From: Candidatus Yanofskybacteria bacterium CG10_big_fil_rev_8_21_14_0_10_36_16
Lineage (GTDB): Bacteria > Patescibacteriota > Minisyncoccia > 2-02-FULL-40-12 > IGHO2-01-FULL-4-A
Direction: 5' to 3'
DNA: 64,000 nucleotides
NCBI GenBank assembly: GCA_002794035.1
Contig: PCXQ01000001.1
Coordinates: forward strand, 3,256 to 67,255
The notes under the pieces are model-generated. The model worked only from the letters and a program-made list of their open reading frames with translations, was not told the origin of the DNA and searched no databases. This document shows, in pieces, positions 9,798-20,544 of this stretch. Within the stretch, counting starts at the first letter, position 1. Each line of letters opens with the position of its first letter. The position numbers and the translations under genes are program-made.

Positions 9798-10946
9798 TTA
9801 ATCTAATTCTTCCGCTAGTTCTTCCACCAATTTCTTTGCTTTTTTATTTAATTTATTGGGCATTTTTATATTTACTTTGACTATCTGGTCACCGGCTCTA
9901 TACCCTCCAAATCCTGATTGGCCATAAATTCCCAAACCTTTTAGGCGTATTTCTTGACCATCGTGGGTCCCAGGTTCTATTTTAATTTTTGATTTGCCAT
10001 CAATTGTAGGAACGGTAGTTTCTGTGCCAAGAAGAGCGTCCGTTAGTTTGAGTGGCATTTCGTATAGGATATCATTGCCTACGCGTTTAAAGTTTTCATC
10101 GGTGGTTGCATTAATGTGTAAATATAGATCTCCTGCTGAAGCACCTCTCAATCCTGCTTGGCCGGCACCTTTAACTGCCAATACTTCGCCGTTTTTGATA
10201 CCTGCAGGAATATTTATTTCCAAGACTTGTTTTTCTTTGTTTTTACCTGTGCCTTTGCAATGAGGACATTTTTCTTTTGGTATTTTGCCGCTACCCTGAC
10301 ATGCCTCGCATGCGGTGACTCTTATAAAGTTGCCAAAAAATGAGCCGGTAGATTCCTTTACTTGCCCTCTTCCTTTACATGTTGGACACTCATCCAAGGG
10401 CGTGCCTTTTTTGGCGCCCAACCCGTCACATTCTTTGCATGCTATATCTTTTTTTATTTCTATTTTTTTAAGTCCACCTCTTGCTATATCGTAAAAACTA
10501 ACCGATAGATTTACGTGAATATCTTCTCCTCGGCCTGCTTGTTGCCTGCTTCCTCTTTGACGAAATCCAAAAGCATCTCCGAACATGTCAAAGATATCAT
10601 CAAAATCAACATTTTGATATTGCCTGTCCTGAGACCCTCCGAAGGGTTGACCTCCCTGAGCGCCTCTGAAGAAATCGCTAAAATCGCCTTGTCTGAAGTC
10701 GAAACCGCCAAAACCTCCTCCACCCCCAGGTTGGCCTCCTTCGTTGAATGTAGAGCCAAATTTATCGTATTGGGAGCGTTTTTGAGGGTTAGACAAGACT
10801 TGATAGGCCTCATTTACCTCTTTGAACTTTTTTTCGTCTCCGCCCTTCTTGTCAGGATGATATTTGTGGGCCATTTTTCTGTATGCCTTCTTTATTTCAT
10901 CCTGAGAAGCGGACCTGTCTATGTCTAGTATTTTGTAGTAATCCAT
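9798..10946 (-). CDS. dnaJ: Chaperone DnaJ
   Basis: J domain HPD, G/F-rich region, four CxxCxGxG zinc-finger repeats. Confidence 0.9.
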   Translation of the reverse strand: MDYYKILDIDRSASQDEIKKAYRKMAHKYHPDKKGGDEKKFKEVNEAYQVLSNPQKRSQYDKFGSTFNEGGQPGGGGGFGGFDFRQGDFSDFFRGAQGGQPFGGSQDRQYQNVDFDDIFDMFGDAFGFRQRGSRQQAGRGEDIHVNLSVSFYDIARGGLKKIEIKKDIACKECDGLGAKKGTPLDECPTCKGRGQVKESTGSFFGNFIRVTACEACQGSGKIPKEKCPHCKGTGKNKEKQVLEINIPAGIKNGEVLAVKGAGQAGLRGASAGDLYLHINATTDENFKRVGNDILYEMPLKLTDALLGTETTVPTIDGKSKIKIEPGTHDGQEIRLKGLGIYGQSGFGGYRAGDQIVKVNIKMPNKLNKKAKKLVEELAEELD

Positions 10947-11059
10947 GTTTTAAATTTCTAATTTCTCTCCCTACGGGAGATCTGCCGTAGGCATGATAAT
11001 TTTTAATTTCAAATACAATACGAAATTTTTAATTTTAAAATTTTGTTTTTTTATTATCT

Positions 11060-11182
11060 AAAAATCCAAAGTCCAAAACCCAAAGCCCAAACCAGTATTG
11101 AAATCCAAAACGTTATTATGCCTTTTGGATTTTGTTTATTTTTAGATTTGGTTGGGATTTTGGATTTTAGATTTTGGATTTT
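11060..11182. repeat. Imperfect long inverted repeat: (AAATCCAAA)n arm and (TTTGGATTT)n arm, upstream of dnaJ
   Basis: aaaatccaaagtccaaaacccaaagcccaaacc, about 50 nt spacer, then gatttggttgggattttggattttagattttggatttt. Confidence 0.6.
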
Positions 11183-11971
11183 CTAAAACTCTAACTGTTC
11201 TGCTTCAATTTGCACTATTTTGATTTTTGCTAGGCCGGTTCGTTTTGCCAGCCACACCCAAAACATGGTGATTGGTATTGTAAGCCACACGAATATAAAA
11301 CTCAATCCTTCAAGAACAAGAAATAAACCAAATGCTAAAATTGGAGGCATAAATTGGAAGTATGGCCCAACAAATTCTATGAACTGGTTTGTTACCTGCG
11401 TTATTAGTTGGTTTAGTGCCGATTCTCTTTCTTCTTCAGGCAACTCTCTTATTTCATCTCCCAAAAAAGTGCTTACAGTTCTTTCTATCACTTCATTTAC
11501 TGTGGGAGGAAGTTCTTTATTTGCTGCCTGGCTTTGTATTTTGGGGCTAAAGTAATATCCAAAAGATATCATAATAAAAAGAGGCATCATAACAATCGGC
11601 AACCCTCTTCTCATGATAAGGTGGGTATTTACTACATTTCTTTGTTCTTCCTCGTCTTTGATGATTTTGCCCGCATATAAATGGACCAAAAGGGATAACC
11701 CAACACCTATAAAGAAAAAGTAATTAAAGCCGAAAACTAAGAAAAATGGCAATACAACTGCAAGGGATATCCCTAGTCTTTCAAGGGACTTTCTCATTAA
11801 AAGAAAAGACATAGCTACTAGAGACGACAATACGAGGAGTCCCACTAGAGGTTGAATCCAAGCTTCAGCAACAGCAAAAAGAGATGAACCATAAAGCCAG
11901 GGTTTTGTAACAGCCCAAAACCAAGTAGATAGCGCAAGAATTATTATAAGTGTAATTGGTTTTTTATACAT
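11183..11971 (-). CDS. Polytopic membrane protein of unknown function, between dnaK and dnaJ
   Basis: 262 aa; about 6 TM segments and an acidic loop. Confidence 0.45.
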   Translation of the reverse strand: MYKKPITLIIILALSTWFWAVTKPWLYGSSLFAVAEAWIQPLVGLLVLSSLVAMSFLLMRKSLERLGISLAVVLPFFLVFGFNYFFFIGVGLSLLVHLYAGKIIKDEEEQRNVVNTHLIMRRGLPIVMMPLFIMISFGYYFSPKIQSQAANKELPPTVNEVIERTVSTFLGDEIRELPEEERESALNQLITQVTNQFIEFVGPYFQFMPPILAFGLFLVLEGLSFIFVWLTIPITMFWVWLAKRTGLAKIKIVQIEAEQLEF

Positions 11972-12111
11972 GCTTATATTTTAACACAATTTAATTTTTG
12001 CAGCTTCAACAATTACAACATTTTTATCAGCATCAGCGCCTTTATCGGTGAGTATGGTTTATAACATCCCAGCCCCGCCGAAGCAGAGCTGGGATGTTAG
12101 GGTTTTTTGTT

Positions 12112-14052
12112 TTATTCATTTTCTTGCCCTGGGTTTGTTTGTGGTGAGGAATCAGAATCTGTCGAAGGGTTTTCTTCTTTTGATGTTTTGGTTTCCTTAT
12201 TGCCTTCTGCCTCGCCATTTTTGGGCTCGGCATCTCCGGCACTTCCAGCACCTCCGGCATACATTGCTTGGCCTACTTTTTGAACTGATTGTGATAATTC
12301 TTCTGTAGTTTTTTTGATTTCATCTGTGTTATCGCTGTCCTTTGCTTTCTTTAGGGCCTCAATTTTTTCTTCAATTTCTTTTTTGTCTTCTTCTTTTAAT
12401 TTGTCGCCTGCGTCTTTAAGGGCTTTTTCAGACGAGTAAATCAAAGTTTCGGCCATATTTTTTGTTTCAACTGCTTCTTTTTTCTTTTTATCTTCCTCTG
12501 CGTGTTTTGCTGCTTCTTCTGTCATTCTTTTCTTTTCTTCATCAGTTAAACCTGATGAACCTTCAATCTTTATTGATTGTTCTTTGCCTGTGGCTTTGTC
12601 CTTTGCTTTTACGTTTAGTATTCCGTTGGCATCAATATCAAAGGATACTTCAATTTGAGGAACGCCACGAGGTGCTGGAGGAATACCGTCAAGAATAAAC
12701 CTACCTAAGGTTTTGTTATCAGCAGACATTGGTCGTTCACCTTGCAAGACGTGTATTTCAACAGACGGCTGATTGTCAGCGGCAGTTGAATAGGTTTGTG
12801 TTTTTGAAGTCGGCACAGTGGTGTTTTTCTCTATCATTCTTGTCATCACACCGCCCAATGTTTCAATACCAAGTGATAAAGGCGTAACATCAAGCAAAAG
12901 TACGTCTTTGACATCACCTTGCATAATTCCTCCTTGAATAGCTGCTCCCATTGCCACAACTTCATCAGGATTAATATCTTTGTGGGGCTCTTTGCCAAAA
13001 AGTTCTCTTACAGCACTAACTATTGCAGGCATTCTGGTTTGTCCCCCAACAAGTATCACTTCGTTAATATCTGATGGTTTAAATCCAGCGTCTTCAATTA
13101 CTTTATTGGTAATATCAATTGATTTTTTAATATGCCCCTCAACTAATGATTCAAGCTTTGCTCTTGTGAAATTAATGTTAAAATGCTTGGGTCCTGATGA
13201 ATCAGCAGTCAAGAAAGGTATATTGACGTCGCTTTGGTTTGTGGTTGATAGTTCGTGCTTGGCTTTTTCTGCAGCATCTTTTAAGCGCTGTAGAGCCATT
13301 TGGTCTTTTGAGACATCGATTCCTTGGTCTTTTTTAAATTCTTCAGCAAAATAATCAATTATGTGCTGATCAAAGTCATCTCCCCCAAGGTGAGTATCGC
13401 CTCCTGTTGATTTTACTTCTATTGTGTCTTCAGATACTTCAAGCACGGAAACGTCGAAAGTTCCTCCACCAAAGTCGTAAACAACTATTTTTTCATCTTT
13501 TTTCTTGTTAAAACCGTAAGCTAAAGCAGCGGCTGTTGGCTCGTTGATTACCCTTTTTACTTTAAGGCCTGCAATTTCGCCCGCATCTTTTGTGGCTTTT
13601 CTTTGAGAGTCGTCAAAGTATGCCGGTACAGTAATAATGGCTTCTTCTATTTTTTCACCTAGTTTGTCTTCGGCATCTGCTTTTAATTTTTGCAAAATCA
13701 TAGCTGATATTTCAGCAGGCTTGTAGTTTTTGTCAGCCATTTTTATTTCTACTGCACCATGAGAACCCTCATGGATGTCATAAGGTAATGTTTTCTTGTC
13801 ATGTTGGACTTCGGGGTCTGAAAATCTGCGTCCAATAAGGCGCTTGGCAGAAAATATAGTGTTAGTAGGATTTGTTACCGCCTGTCTTTTTGCTGTAATT
13901 CCTGCATAACGATCTCCGTTCTTACCTATGGCTACTATTGAAGGCGTTGTTCTCATGCCTTCCTTGTTTTCTAAAATTCTTGGCTGGCCTGCGTCTACTA
14001 TAGCCATGGCGCTGTTTGTTGTTCCTAGGTCTATTCCTAATATCTTGGGCAT
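12112..14052 (-). CDS. dnaK: Chaperone DnaK (Hsp70)
   Basis: [28 protein letters not shown]; C-terminus extended with a low-complexity tail. Confidence 0.95.
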   Translation of the reverse strand: MPKILGIDLGTTNSAMAIVDAGQPRILENKEGMRTTPSIVAIGKNGDRYAGITAKRQAVTNPTNTIFSAKRLIGRRFSDPEVQHDKKTLPYDIHEGSHGAVEIKMADKNYKPAEISAMILQKLKADAEDKLGEKIEEAIITVPAYFDDSQRKATKDAGEIAGLKVKRVINEPTAAALAYGFNKKKDEKIVVYDFGGGTFDVSVLEVSEDTIEVKSTGGDTHLGGDDFDQHIIDYFAEEFKKDQGIDVSKDQMALQRLKDAAEKAKHELSTTNQSDVNIPFLTADSSGPKHFNINFTRAKLESLVEGHIKKSIDITNKVIEDAGFKPSDINEVILVGGQTRMPAIVSAVRELFGKEPHKDINPDEVVAMGAAIQGGIMQGDVKDVLLLDVTPLSLGIETLGGVMTRMIEKNTTVPTSKTQTYSTAADNQPSVEIHVLQGERPMSADNKTLGRFILDGIPPAPRGVPQIEVSFDIDANGILNVKAKDKATGKEQSIKIEGSSGLTDEEKKRMTEEAAKHAEEDKKKKEAVETKNMAETLIYSSEKALKDAGDKLKEEDKKEIEEKIEALKKAKDSDNTDEIKKTTEELSQSVQKVGQAMYAGGAGSAGDAEPKNGEAEGNKETKTSKEENPSTDSDSSPQTNPGQENE

Positions 14053-14256
14053 ATGTTTTAAAAACTTCTTTATGTGGCGGACTAAATCCTTGTCCGCGAC
14101 GCAATTTCAGAAAGTTTTTTTGTTTAGTTTTTTGTTTAAGAAAGAGTCCCCTGCGGACGATGCTATACCATCCGCAGAAACTCTTTCCTTTGTTGACAAA
14201 TAATAGTTTTGGGGGTATTCTATAGTTAGTTATCCAAACAGAAGGAGTGTGCACCT

Positions 14257-14436
14257 ATGGGTTTAATGATCAATTCAGTGCTGGGTTCTTTTATTGCCGG
14301 CTATGCTTTTCATGGCTTGTTGGAAGCTATTTCTAGCACTGCCACTGCTTGGTATTCTATTGGTTTAATAATTGGTTTGTTTTATATGGTCATTAACATT
14401 TACTTATTTCATTGTCAGCAATTAAGTTTGGATTAA
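14257..14436 (+). CDS. Small hydrophobic protein (59 aa) with its own promoter and terminator
   Basis: TTGACA-17-TATTCT at 14193-14221; RBS AAGGAG at 14243; ATG at 14257; hairpin with T-run at about 14445-14478. Below the ORF-track length cut-off. Confidence 0.3.
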   Translation: MGLMINSVLGSFIAGYAFHGLLEAISSTATAWYSIGLIIGLFYMVINIYLFHCQQLSLD

Positions 14437-14534
14437 CTATTTAATGGCTCGGTCCGGCAATATAGCTGGCCCGGGTTTTTTTATTTACAGATTTTTTCCT
14501 TGTTATTGGTTACTAATTTTTAAAACCAAAGATT

Positions 14535-14963
14535 TTATTTAACTTCTACGTCTATTTTTTTAGGTTCCTTAACCTCTGCCTTTGGAACCACAATTTTTAA
14601 TACTCCATCTTCGTGAGTTGCCTTAACCTCGGTTTCCTTTATTCCTGCAGGTAGAGAAATTGCTCTTGAGAAGTGGCCTCTCCTAATCTCTTTTCGGTAA
14701 TAATTTTTGCCCTCTTTTTCCTCTTCTTGTTCTGATCCGCCTTCAATTCTCAATACCCCATCTTCTACAGAAATGTTTACTTTGTCTGCTTCTGATTTTG
14801 GGATTTGTAGTTCTACAACAATATTGTTGTCTTTTTCATAGACATCTATTGCCGGCGCCCAATGTCTTTTTACTGCCGGCCAGAAGTTGAGGGGCGTAAC
14901 ATCATCCCAGTCGTCAAACAATCTTTCCATTTCTTTGAAGGGATCATATTTTATGATGGACAT
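14535..14963 (-). CDS. Hsp20/alpha-crystallin small heat-shock protein
   Basis: Alpha-crystallin domain; PAIDVYE...GVL.I..P. Confidence 0.85.
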   Translation of the reverse strand: MSIIKYDPFKEMERLFDDWDDVTPLNFWPAVKRHWAPAIDVYEKDNNIVVELQIPKSEADKVNISVEDGVLRIEGGSEQEEEKEGKNYYRKEIRRGHFSRAISLPAGIKETEVKATHEDGVLKIVVPKAEVKEPKKIDVEVK

Positions 14964-15048
14964 AAATTATATACTCATCACATGTCTTCGATACCAACCA
15001 CGCTCAAGGTGTTTGATAGAAGCCAGATGATAAGTGTTATGTTTTAAG

Positions 15049-15175
15049 GTCAAAACTCAAAATTCAAAATCTCAACTAAACCCAAATATTTAAAATTCAA
15101 ATACAGGAAAGCTTAACTTTAGTTTTGGATTTAAATATTGGTTTGGATTTTGGGCTTTGGATTTAGGATTTTTTA
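15049..15175. repeat. Imperfect long inverted repeat (CAAA-rich arm / TTTG-rich arm) upstream of hsp20
   Basis: Same motif family as 11060-11182: caaaactcaaaattcaaaatc ... ggtttggattttgggctttggatttagg. Confidence 0.6.
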
Positions 15176-15209
15176 AAGATAATTTAATTAAGATAACTTT
15201 TTTTCTAAT

Positions 15210-15686
15210 CTACTTGCTTATTCTTACTTTTGCTGCCCTTATTATTTTTCCTCCTATTTCATATCCCGGCTGAACTTCTTCAACGACTGTGCCAGATTTT
15301 CCTCCTTCAGATTCGCCTATCGACTCATGTCTTAAGGGATCAAAATCTTCACCAATTGTTTCAATCTTTGTGACGCCATTTTTACTTAGAAAACTTATAA
15401 ATTTGCTTTTTATGTTTTCAAGACCTGTTACCCATTCACTGTTTTCATCCCGCACTTTCTCAGGCAAATGACTAAGGGCAATATCAAATTCATCTATAAA
15501 TGATACAAGCTGGATGACCAAGTCTTCGTTTGCAAACTTTATAGCTGATTCAATTCTGCTGGACTCTTCTTTTTTGTAATTTAAAAGGTCAGCTTGGGCT
15601 CTTTTCCAACCGCCAAGATATTCCCCAGCTTGTTTTTCGCATTCCTCAAGTTTTTTTTGGTTTTTTTGAATTTCCTTTTCAGACAT
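15210..15686 (-). CDS. grpE: Nucleotide exchange factor GrpE
   Basis: Coiled-coil N-terminus, RAQADLLNYKK, C-terminal beta domain. Confidence 0.9.
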   Translation of the reverse strand: MSEKEIQKNQKKLEECEKQAGEYLGGWKRAQADLLNYKKEESSRIESAIKFANEDLVIQLVSFIDEFDIALSHLPEKVRDENSEWVTGLENIKSKFISFLSKNGVTKIETIGEDFDPLRHESIGESEGGKSGTVVEEVQPGYEIGGKIIRAAKVRISK

Positions 15687-15692
15687 AATTTT

Positions 15693-16487
15693 TTATTCCA
15701 ACAGTAATGGTCTATTAGCTGTTAGGTTTAAATATTTTGTTGCAAATTTTACAAGGCCTAAGTTTCTTTCATAATCCATTCTCATAGGTCCTACTAGAGT
15801 TAGTGATCCTATATAGTTTTGTGGCAAGAGATATCTGCTAATAATCACTGTTTCCCCGGACATTTCCTCTAGAGGGTTTTCTTTTCCTATTAGAATTTTT
15901 ATATCTTTTCCAATATCCCCTGTCCCTACGCGTATGGTCGGTATTATGTTTTCTGAACCAAATATTTCTCCGGCCATTTTTTCAAAAATTTCGTCAAATT
16001 CATCAAAAAAACTTGTAATATTAAATATCCTGTCTATTTCTCTAAATTCGGGTAATGACATTAGTGCTGAAATTCCCGTTTTGTGAAATTCATTTTTTCC
16101 GATAATGCCAGTCATTATCATGTTGCCCGAAAGTCCCGAGAGAACTTTAGCTAACGCCTTATTTATATCGGATGGGTTGTTGAAATTTTTTTCTAGCTCT
16201 TCCTGAATTAATTCAGCTTCATTAATATCTATGCGTGGTGTGTTCTGTATTATATTATCTACAAAATATCTGAAGGCTTTGTGAGTGGGCACTCTGCCTG
16301 AAGATGTGTGGGGGTGTGTTAGATACCCAAGATCTTCAAGGTCATGCATATCTGCCCTAATAGTTGCGGAACTTACGCCAAGATTACCTCTGTTTTCAAG
16401 AAGCTTAGAACCTACAGGTTCAGCTGTTTGGGTGTATTCACGTATAATTGTTGACAATATTGCCTCTTGGCGTCCTGTTAAATCCAT
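15693..16487 (-). CDS. hrcA: Heat-inducible transcription repressor HrcA
   Basis: LTGRQEAIL...VGSKLL winged-helix N-terminus; overall HrcA architecture. Confidence 0.9.
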   Translation of the reverse strand: MDLTGRQEAILSTIIREYTQTAEPVGSKLLENRGNLGVSSATIRADMHDLEDLGYLTHPHTSSGRVPTHKAFRYFVDNIIQNTPRIDINEAELIQEELEKNFNNPSDINKALAKVLSGLSGNMIMTGIIGKNEFHKTGISALMSLPEFREIDRIFNITSFFDEFDEIFEKMAGEIFGSENIIPTIRVGTGDIGKDIKILIGKENPLEEMSGETVIISRYLLPQNYIGSLTLVGPMRMDYERNLGLVKFATKYLNLTANRPLLLE

Positions 16488-16689
16488 AAAAACAAATCAT
16501 CGCTTTCGCAGGAAGTCCCCTACACAAATGGGCTTATCCTGCTCAAGTCTAAGAAGGTTAGCTCAATTTCTTTGTTAGTCACTCCGGTACTCCCTCAACG
16601 TATTATATATATGCTTCGGTTCGTTCCTCGTGCCCGCCTCGAACTTGAGCAAACGATGATTTTTTTGTTATATTCCTATTATATTACTG

Positions 16690-16716
16690 TTAGCACTCTC
16701 AAGTCAAGAGTGCTAA
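16690..16716. promoter_or_regulatory. CIRCE operator (HrcA binding site)
   Basis: Perfect TTAGCACTC-N9-GAGTGCTAA, about 200 bp upstream of hrcA. Confidence 0.9.
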
Positions 16717-16794
16717 TTTCATTATATACAGACGTTAAAATAATGCAAGGGGTTTCATATAAATAAAAACCCCGCTGTTGCGAGGTTGCGTTGT

Positions 16795-17139
16795 TTAATA
16801 ACGGCCTATTGAGAATTCTTCTATATATTTCATTAAATAATCCGATGCTGTAATTTGTTTTGATCGAAGTTCTGGGCAAAATTCTTTTACTCTCCTATCT
16901 ATGTGTTCACATGTTGGTATTAATTTTTTAAGTTCTTCCTGAACTGAATAATTTTCATCGTCAGTACAAACATCGTCTATTCTTTCTTTCAAGTCAAAAT
17001 ATTCGAATACAACTTGCAGTTTTCTTTCCAAAACCCGAACTTCATTATACAAAAAGAATATTGCTAATATTCCGATTGCTATGATGATTCCGAGGCTCAT
17101 GATCACCTCCTTGTAGGTGTGCTTGTTTAAAATTAACAA
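16795..17139 (-). CDS. Hypothetical small membrane protein
   Basis: 114 aa; one N-terminal TM helix. Confidence 0.3.
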   Translation of the reverse strand: MLILNKHTYKEVIMSLGIIIAIGILAIFFLYNEVRVLERKLQVVFEYFDLKERIDDVCTDDENYSVQEELKKLIPTCEHIDRRVKEFCPELRSKQITASDYLMKYIEEFSIGRY

Positions 17140-17169
17140 AACGTTAATTAACTTGCAATAAAAAAGGGC

Positions 17170-17454
17170 TTATTGCCCTTTTGGATATACTTCTACAGGG
17201 TACCAATTCTTCCCTATAACAGGATGACATACCTTACAATCACAGCATTGATATAGATCCCTGGATAACTGATAGAATTGAATTGAACCACAGATACAGC
17301 CAAGCTTGTGTTCTTTAGGATGTCCTAATTCAGATTTCCATACCACATATACTTTTAAGGGCGAGGATACTTCGGTGTGGAAGCCTTTTACCATTTCTGG
17401 ATCGTCTAGTATGCGTTGCCATCCTTCATCTGGTTGTATTAGTGCAAAATTCAT
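17170..17454 (-). CDS. Hypothetical Cys-rich small protein
   Basis: 94 aa; CICG...CCDCKVCH cluster. Confidence 0.3.
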   Translation of the reverse strand: MNFALIQPDEGWQRILDDPEMVKGFHTEVSSPLKVYVVWKSELGHPKEHKLGCICGSIQFYQLSRDLYQCCDCKVCHPVIGKNWYPVEVYPKGQ

Positions 17455-17518
17455 TTTGTTATCCTTCTTGTTTTTATATGTACTGACTAAAAAGTATCAA
17501 AATGGTAAAATAATATCA

Positions 17519-18796
17519 ATGCATGACAAGTTTAAAAAATTCTGGAAGTCATTAGGTCCCGGATTAATTACGGGAGCATCAGATGATGATCCTTCGGGAA
17601 TCGCTACATATTCTATTGCAGGAGCAAAGTTCGGGCTGTCTGTTTTGTGGATGGCCATTTTTACGCTTCCGTTCATGATAACGATTCAGAGAATGGCGGG
17701 CCGAATTGGTCTTATTTCCGGCAAGGGCATAGCGGGTAATATGAAAAAACATTATCCACGTTTTGTCTTGGTGTCTGTGGCTTTGATGGCCGTTGCTCAA
17801 AATATAATAAATATAGGCGCAGATATTTCGGGCATGGCAGCCACCTTTGTGCTAACTGTTCCAATATCACCCCTGCTTTATTCTGTCATATTGGTTGCCG
17901 GTATCGTGCTTGCTTTGGTTTTTATCCCCTATTATAAATTAGCTTCATATTTAAAATGGGTTGCAATCGTTATGTTTTCATACGTTATGGCGGCATTTTT
18001 TGTTCAGCATGACTGGTCAGAGGTGTTTAAGAGAACTGTTATTCCAGAAATTCATTTTTCTAAAGATTACTTTCTTATGATTATAGCTATTTTGGGCACA
18101 ACTATTTCTCCCTATCTTTTCTTTTGGCAGGCATCTGAACAGGTAGAGGAAGAAAGAGTCCATGTAGATAAAAAGCTGTCTCCTAAGCATCAGCATCACA
18201 AGAGACACCCTTCAAACATAGTGGTTGGAAGAGAGATTAATGTTATGTATAAGGATATAAAGTCAGGAATGTTTTTCTCTAATTTAATAATGTTTTTTGT
18301 AATTGTTATGGCCGCGTCTACTTTATTTAATACAGGCCATTTTGAAGTTGAGACCATGGAACAGGTGGCATCAGTCTTAAAGCCTCTTGCTGGTCAATAT
18401 GCTAATATATTATTTTTGATAGGCATAACAGCGGCAGGTGTCTTAGCGATACCTGTTTTGGCAGGGTCAGCTGCATATGTAATGGCAGAAACATTTGGCT
18501 GGAAAGATGGCCTGAATCATAGGTTTGACAAGGCAAAAGCTTTTTATACGGTTATAGCTGGGTCAACTGTTTTGGGTTTATTGATTCCTGTTTTTGGTTT
18601 TGACCCCGTTAAAGCATTGTTCTATACTGCTATTTTGCATGGTATAACAGCGCCTTTTTTGATTTTTGCCATAATTCATATGGCAAATAACCCCAAAATT
18701 ATGGGTAAATATATAAATAGGCACAGATCTAATGTTGTGGGATATATTTTATTTTTAATTATGTCTGCTTCAACTATTTTGTTATTTTTCCTGTAG
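17519..18796 (+). CDS. NRAMP-family divalent metal transporter
   Basis: GPGLITGASDDDPSGIATYS motif, about 11 TM helices. Start moved to the internal ATG at 17519, because the track start at 17306 overlaps the convergent ORF. Confidence 0.6.
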   Translation: MHDKFKKFWKSLGPGLITGASDDDPSGIATYSIAGAKFGLSVLWMAIFTLPFMITIQRMAGRIGLISGKGIAGNMKKHYPRFVLVSVALMAVAQNIINIGADISGMAATFVLTVPISPLLYSVILVAGIVLALVFIPYYKLASYLKWVAIVMFSYVMAAFFVQHDWSEVFKRTVIPEIHFSKDYFLMIIAILGTTISPYLFFWQASEQVEEERVHVDKKLSPKHQHHKRHPSNIVVGREINVMYKDIKSGMFFSNLIMFFVIVMAASTLFNTGHFEVETMEQVASVLKPLAGQYANILFLIGITAAGVLAIPVLAGSAAYVMAETFGWKDGLNHRFDKAKAFYTVIAGSTVLGLLIPVFGFDPVKALFYTAILHGITAPFLIFAIIHMANNPKIMGKYINRHRSNVVGYILFLIMSASTILLFFL

Positions 18797-18808
18797 TTAT
18801 TTATAAAT

Positions 18809-20239
18809 TTGAAAATATTTAACACTCTTACAAAGAAAAAGGAATCATTTAATTTACCCGATAAAAAAGTTCGGATGTTTGTTTGTGGTCCTACAGTTTA
18901 TGACTACCCTCATATAGGACACGCCCGTACTTATATAATGTTTGACGTTGTTGCTAAGTATCTTCGCCACGAAGGGTACGATGTTTTTTATTTACAAAAT
19001 ATCACAGATATTGATGATAAAATAATTGCCAGAGCTAAGGAGCAAGGCAGAGAGATAAAAGAACTTACAGAAGAATTTGAAAAAATATATATGGAGGATA
19101 TGGTAGCCCTTGGTATTAATTCAGTTGATAAATACGCCAGAGCCACAGAGCACATATCAGAGATTGTTGCGCAAGTTAAAAAGTTAATAGACAAAGGTCA
19201 TGCGTATAAAATAGATCCTTCGGCAGAGCTCAGGACAAGCGGCCTCGCTTCTTCAGACGGGGCAGGCGGTTATTATTTTGATTTATCTACTTTTGAAGAT
19301 TATGGTAAATTATCAGGCAGAACGGCGGCACAAGCCGAGGATTCAGTGTCTAGAATAGATGAAAGCGTGGGTAAACGAAACAAGGGTGACTTCGTGTTAT
19401 GGAAACTGTCTAAGGAGGGCGAATCTGGTTGGGAATCAGAATTGGGTTACGGTAGACCCGGTTGGCATATTGAAGATACTGCAATAAGCGAGAAGTATCT
19501 AGGAGATCAATATGAAATTCATTGTGGCGCACAGGATTTGATGTTTCCTCATCATGAATCAGAAATAGCCCAACAGGAAGCGGCTTCAGGCAAAAAGCCC
19601 TTTGTTAAGTATTGGTTGCATTCAGGACTGCTAACTGTAGAAGGAAAGAAGATGTCAAAGTCTCTTGGTAATTTTGTGACCATAAGAGATATATTAGAAA
19701 AATATCCTGCCGAAGCAGTTAGGATGATGTTCTTGATGAGTAATTATCGATCCCCTGTTGATTATAGTGAACAAAATTTAAAACAGGCAGAGGCAGCAGT
19801 TCAAAGAATTTCCGAATTTGTAAATAGGCTTAATTTATCTAGCAGCCCAGGTGATAGTGGTTTAGATCGCATCATCTTAAATGATTCAAAAGAGCAGTTT
19901 GAAAAAGAAATGGACGATGATTTTAATACGCCGAAAGCTGTAGCTGTAATTTTTGATTTGATTAAGAAAATTAATCCAATGATTGACGAAGGCAAAATTA
20001 GCAAAGATGATGCAGAAATAACCTTAGGTATATTAAATGAATTTAACGATGTTTTAGGGGTGGTTCCTGCAGAATATTCTAGTGTTCCTGATGAAATTAA
20101 AAAGCTTGCAAAAGAGCGCGAAGAATTAAGAAAAGACAAAAAATTTGAGGAAGCAGACAAAGCTCGGGATGAATTAAAAGAAAAAGGATTTAAAGTAGAA
20201 GATACAGAATGGGGCCCTTTGATTAAAAAGATTAAATAA
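18809..20239 (+). CDS. cysS: Cysteinyl-tRNA synthetase
   Basis: CGPTVYDYPHIGHARTY (HIGH), KMSKSLGN (KMSKS), Zn-binding Cys. Confidence 0.9.
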   Translation: MKIFNTLTKKKESFNLPDKKVRMFVCGPTVYDYPHIGHARTYIMFDVVAKYLRHEGYDVFYLQNITDIDDKIIARAKEQGREIKELTEEFEKIYMEDMVALGINSVDKYARATEHISEIVAQVKKLIDKGHAYKIDPSAELRTSGLASSDGAGGYYFDLSTFEDYGKLSGRTAAQAEDSVSRIDESVGKRNKGDFVLWKLSKEGESGWESELGYGRPGWHIEDTAISEKYLGDQYEIHCGAQDLMFPHHESEIAQQEAASGKKPFVKYWLHSGLLTVEGKKMSKSLGNFVTIRDILEKYPAEAVRMMFLMSNYRSPVDYSEQNLKQAEAAVQRISEFVNRLNLSSSPGDSGLDRIILNDSKEQFEKEMDDDFNTPKAVAVIFDLIKKINPMIDEGKISKDDAEITLGILNEFNDVLGVVPAEYSSVPDEIKKLAKEREELRKDKKFEEADKARDELKEKGFKVEDTEWGPLIKKIK

Positions 20240-20289
20240 AAACCCCGTGCTTTTTATACAAAAAGTTCGGGGTGGGTGGATTCCGTAGT

Positions 20290-20526
20290 TTAAGGTTGTT
20301 TTTGTCTTTTAAGTAGTTTTTTTTCTAATTCCTGCAGATCATCTAAGGCCAATTCTAATTGTGGGAGTTCAAATTTTCTACCGCATTTGTTGCATTTATA
20401 ACCGTCACTGATGCCCGGTCCCATAACAAAGTCAAGCGGATTACTTGGCGGGGGTTGCACAACAAACACTTCCCAGATGTCACCGCCGCATTTACACTTT
20501 CCCCCATATTCTGGTTTCCTTGCCAT
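20290..20526 (-). CDS. Small zinc-ribbon protein
   Basis: RBS AGGAGGAGG then ATG (MARKPEYGGKCKCGG ... CNKCGRKF): two CxxC pairs. Confidence 0.4.
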   Translation of the reverse strand: MARKPEYGGKCKCGGDIWEVFVVQPPPSNPLDFVMGPGISDGYKCNKCGRKFELPQLELALDDLQELEKKLLKRQKQP

Positions 20527-20544
20527 AATCCTCCTCCTTTTCAA

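Noticed and set aside
12042-14254. Antisense or overlapping ORFs inside dnaK (12042-12260, 12048-12308, 12462-12698, 12980-13354, 13922-14254, 13928-14203)
   Set aside because: They lie within or opposite the well-supported dnaK frame and are low-complexity translations.
17306-17518. Long N-terminal extension of the NRAMP ORF
   Set aside because: It overlaps the convergent 94-aa ORF. The NRAMP motif GPGLITGASDDDPSG follows the internal Met at 17519.
20359-20544. Track's upstream extension of the GT39 ORF (MWEFKFST...)
   Set aside because: It is antisense to the RBS-supported zinc-ribbon gene. The conserved GT39 N-terminus begins at the 20545 ATG.
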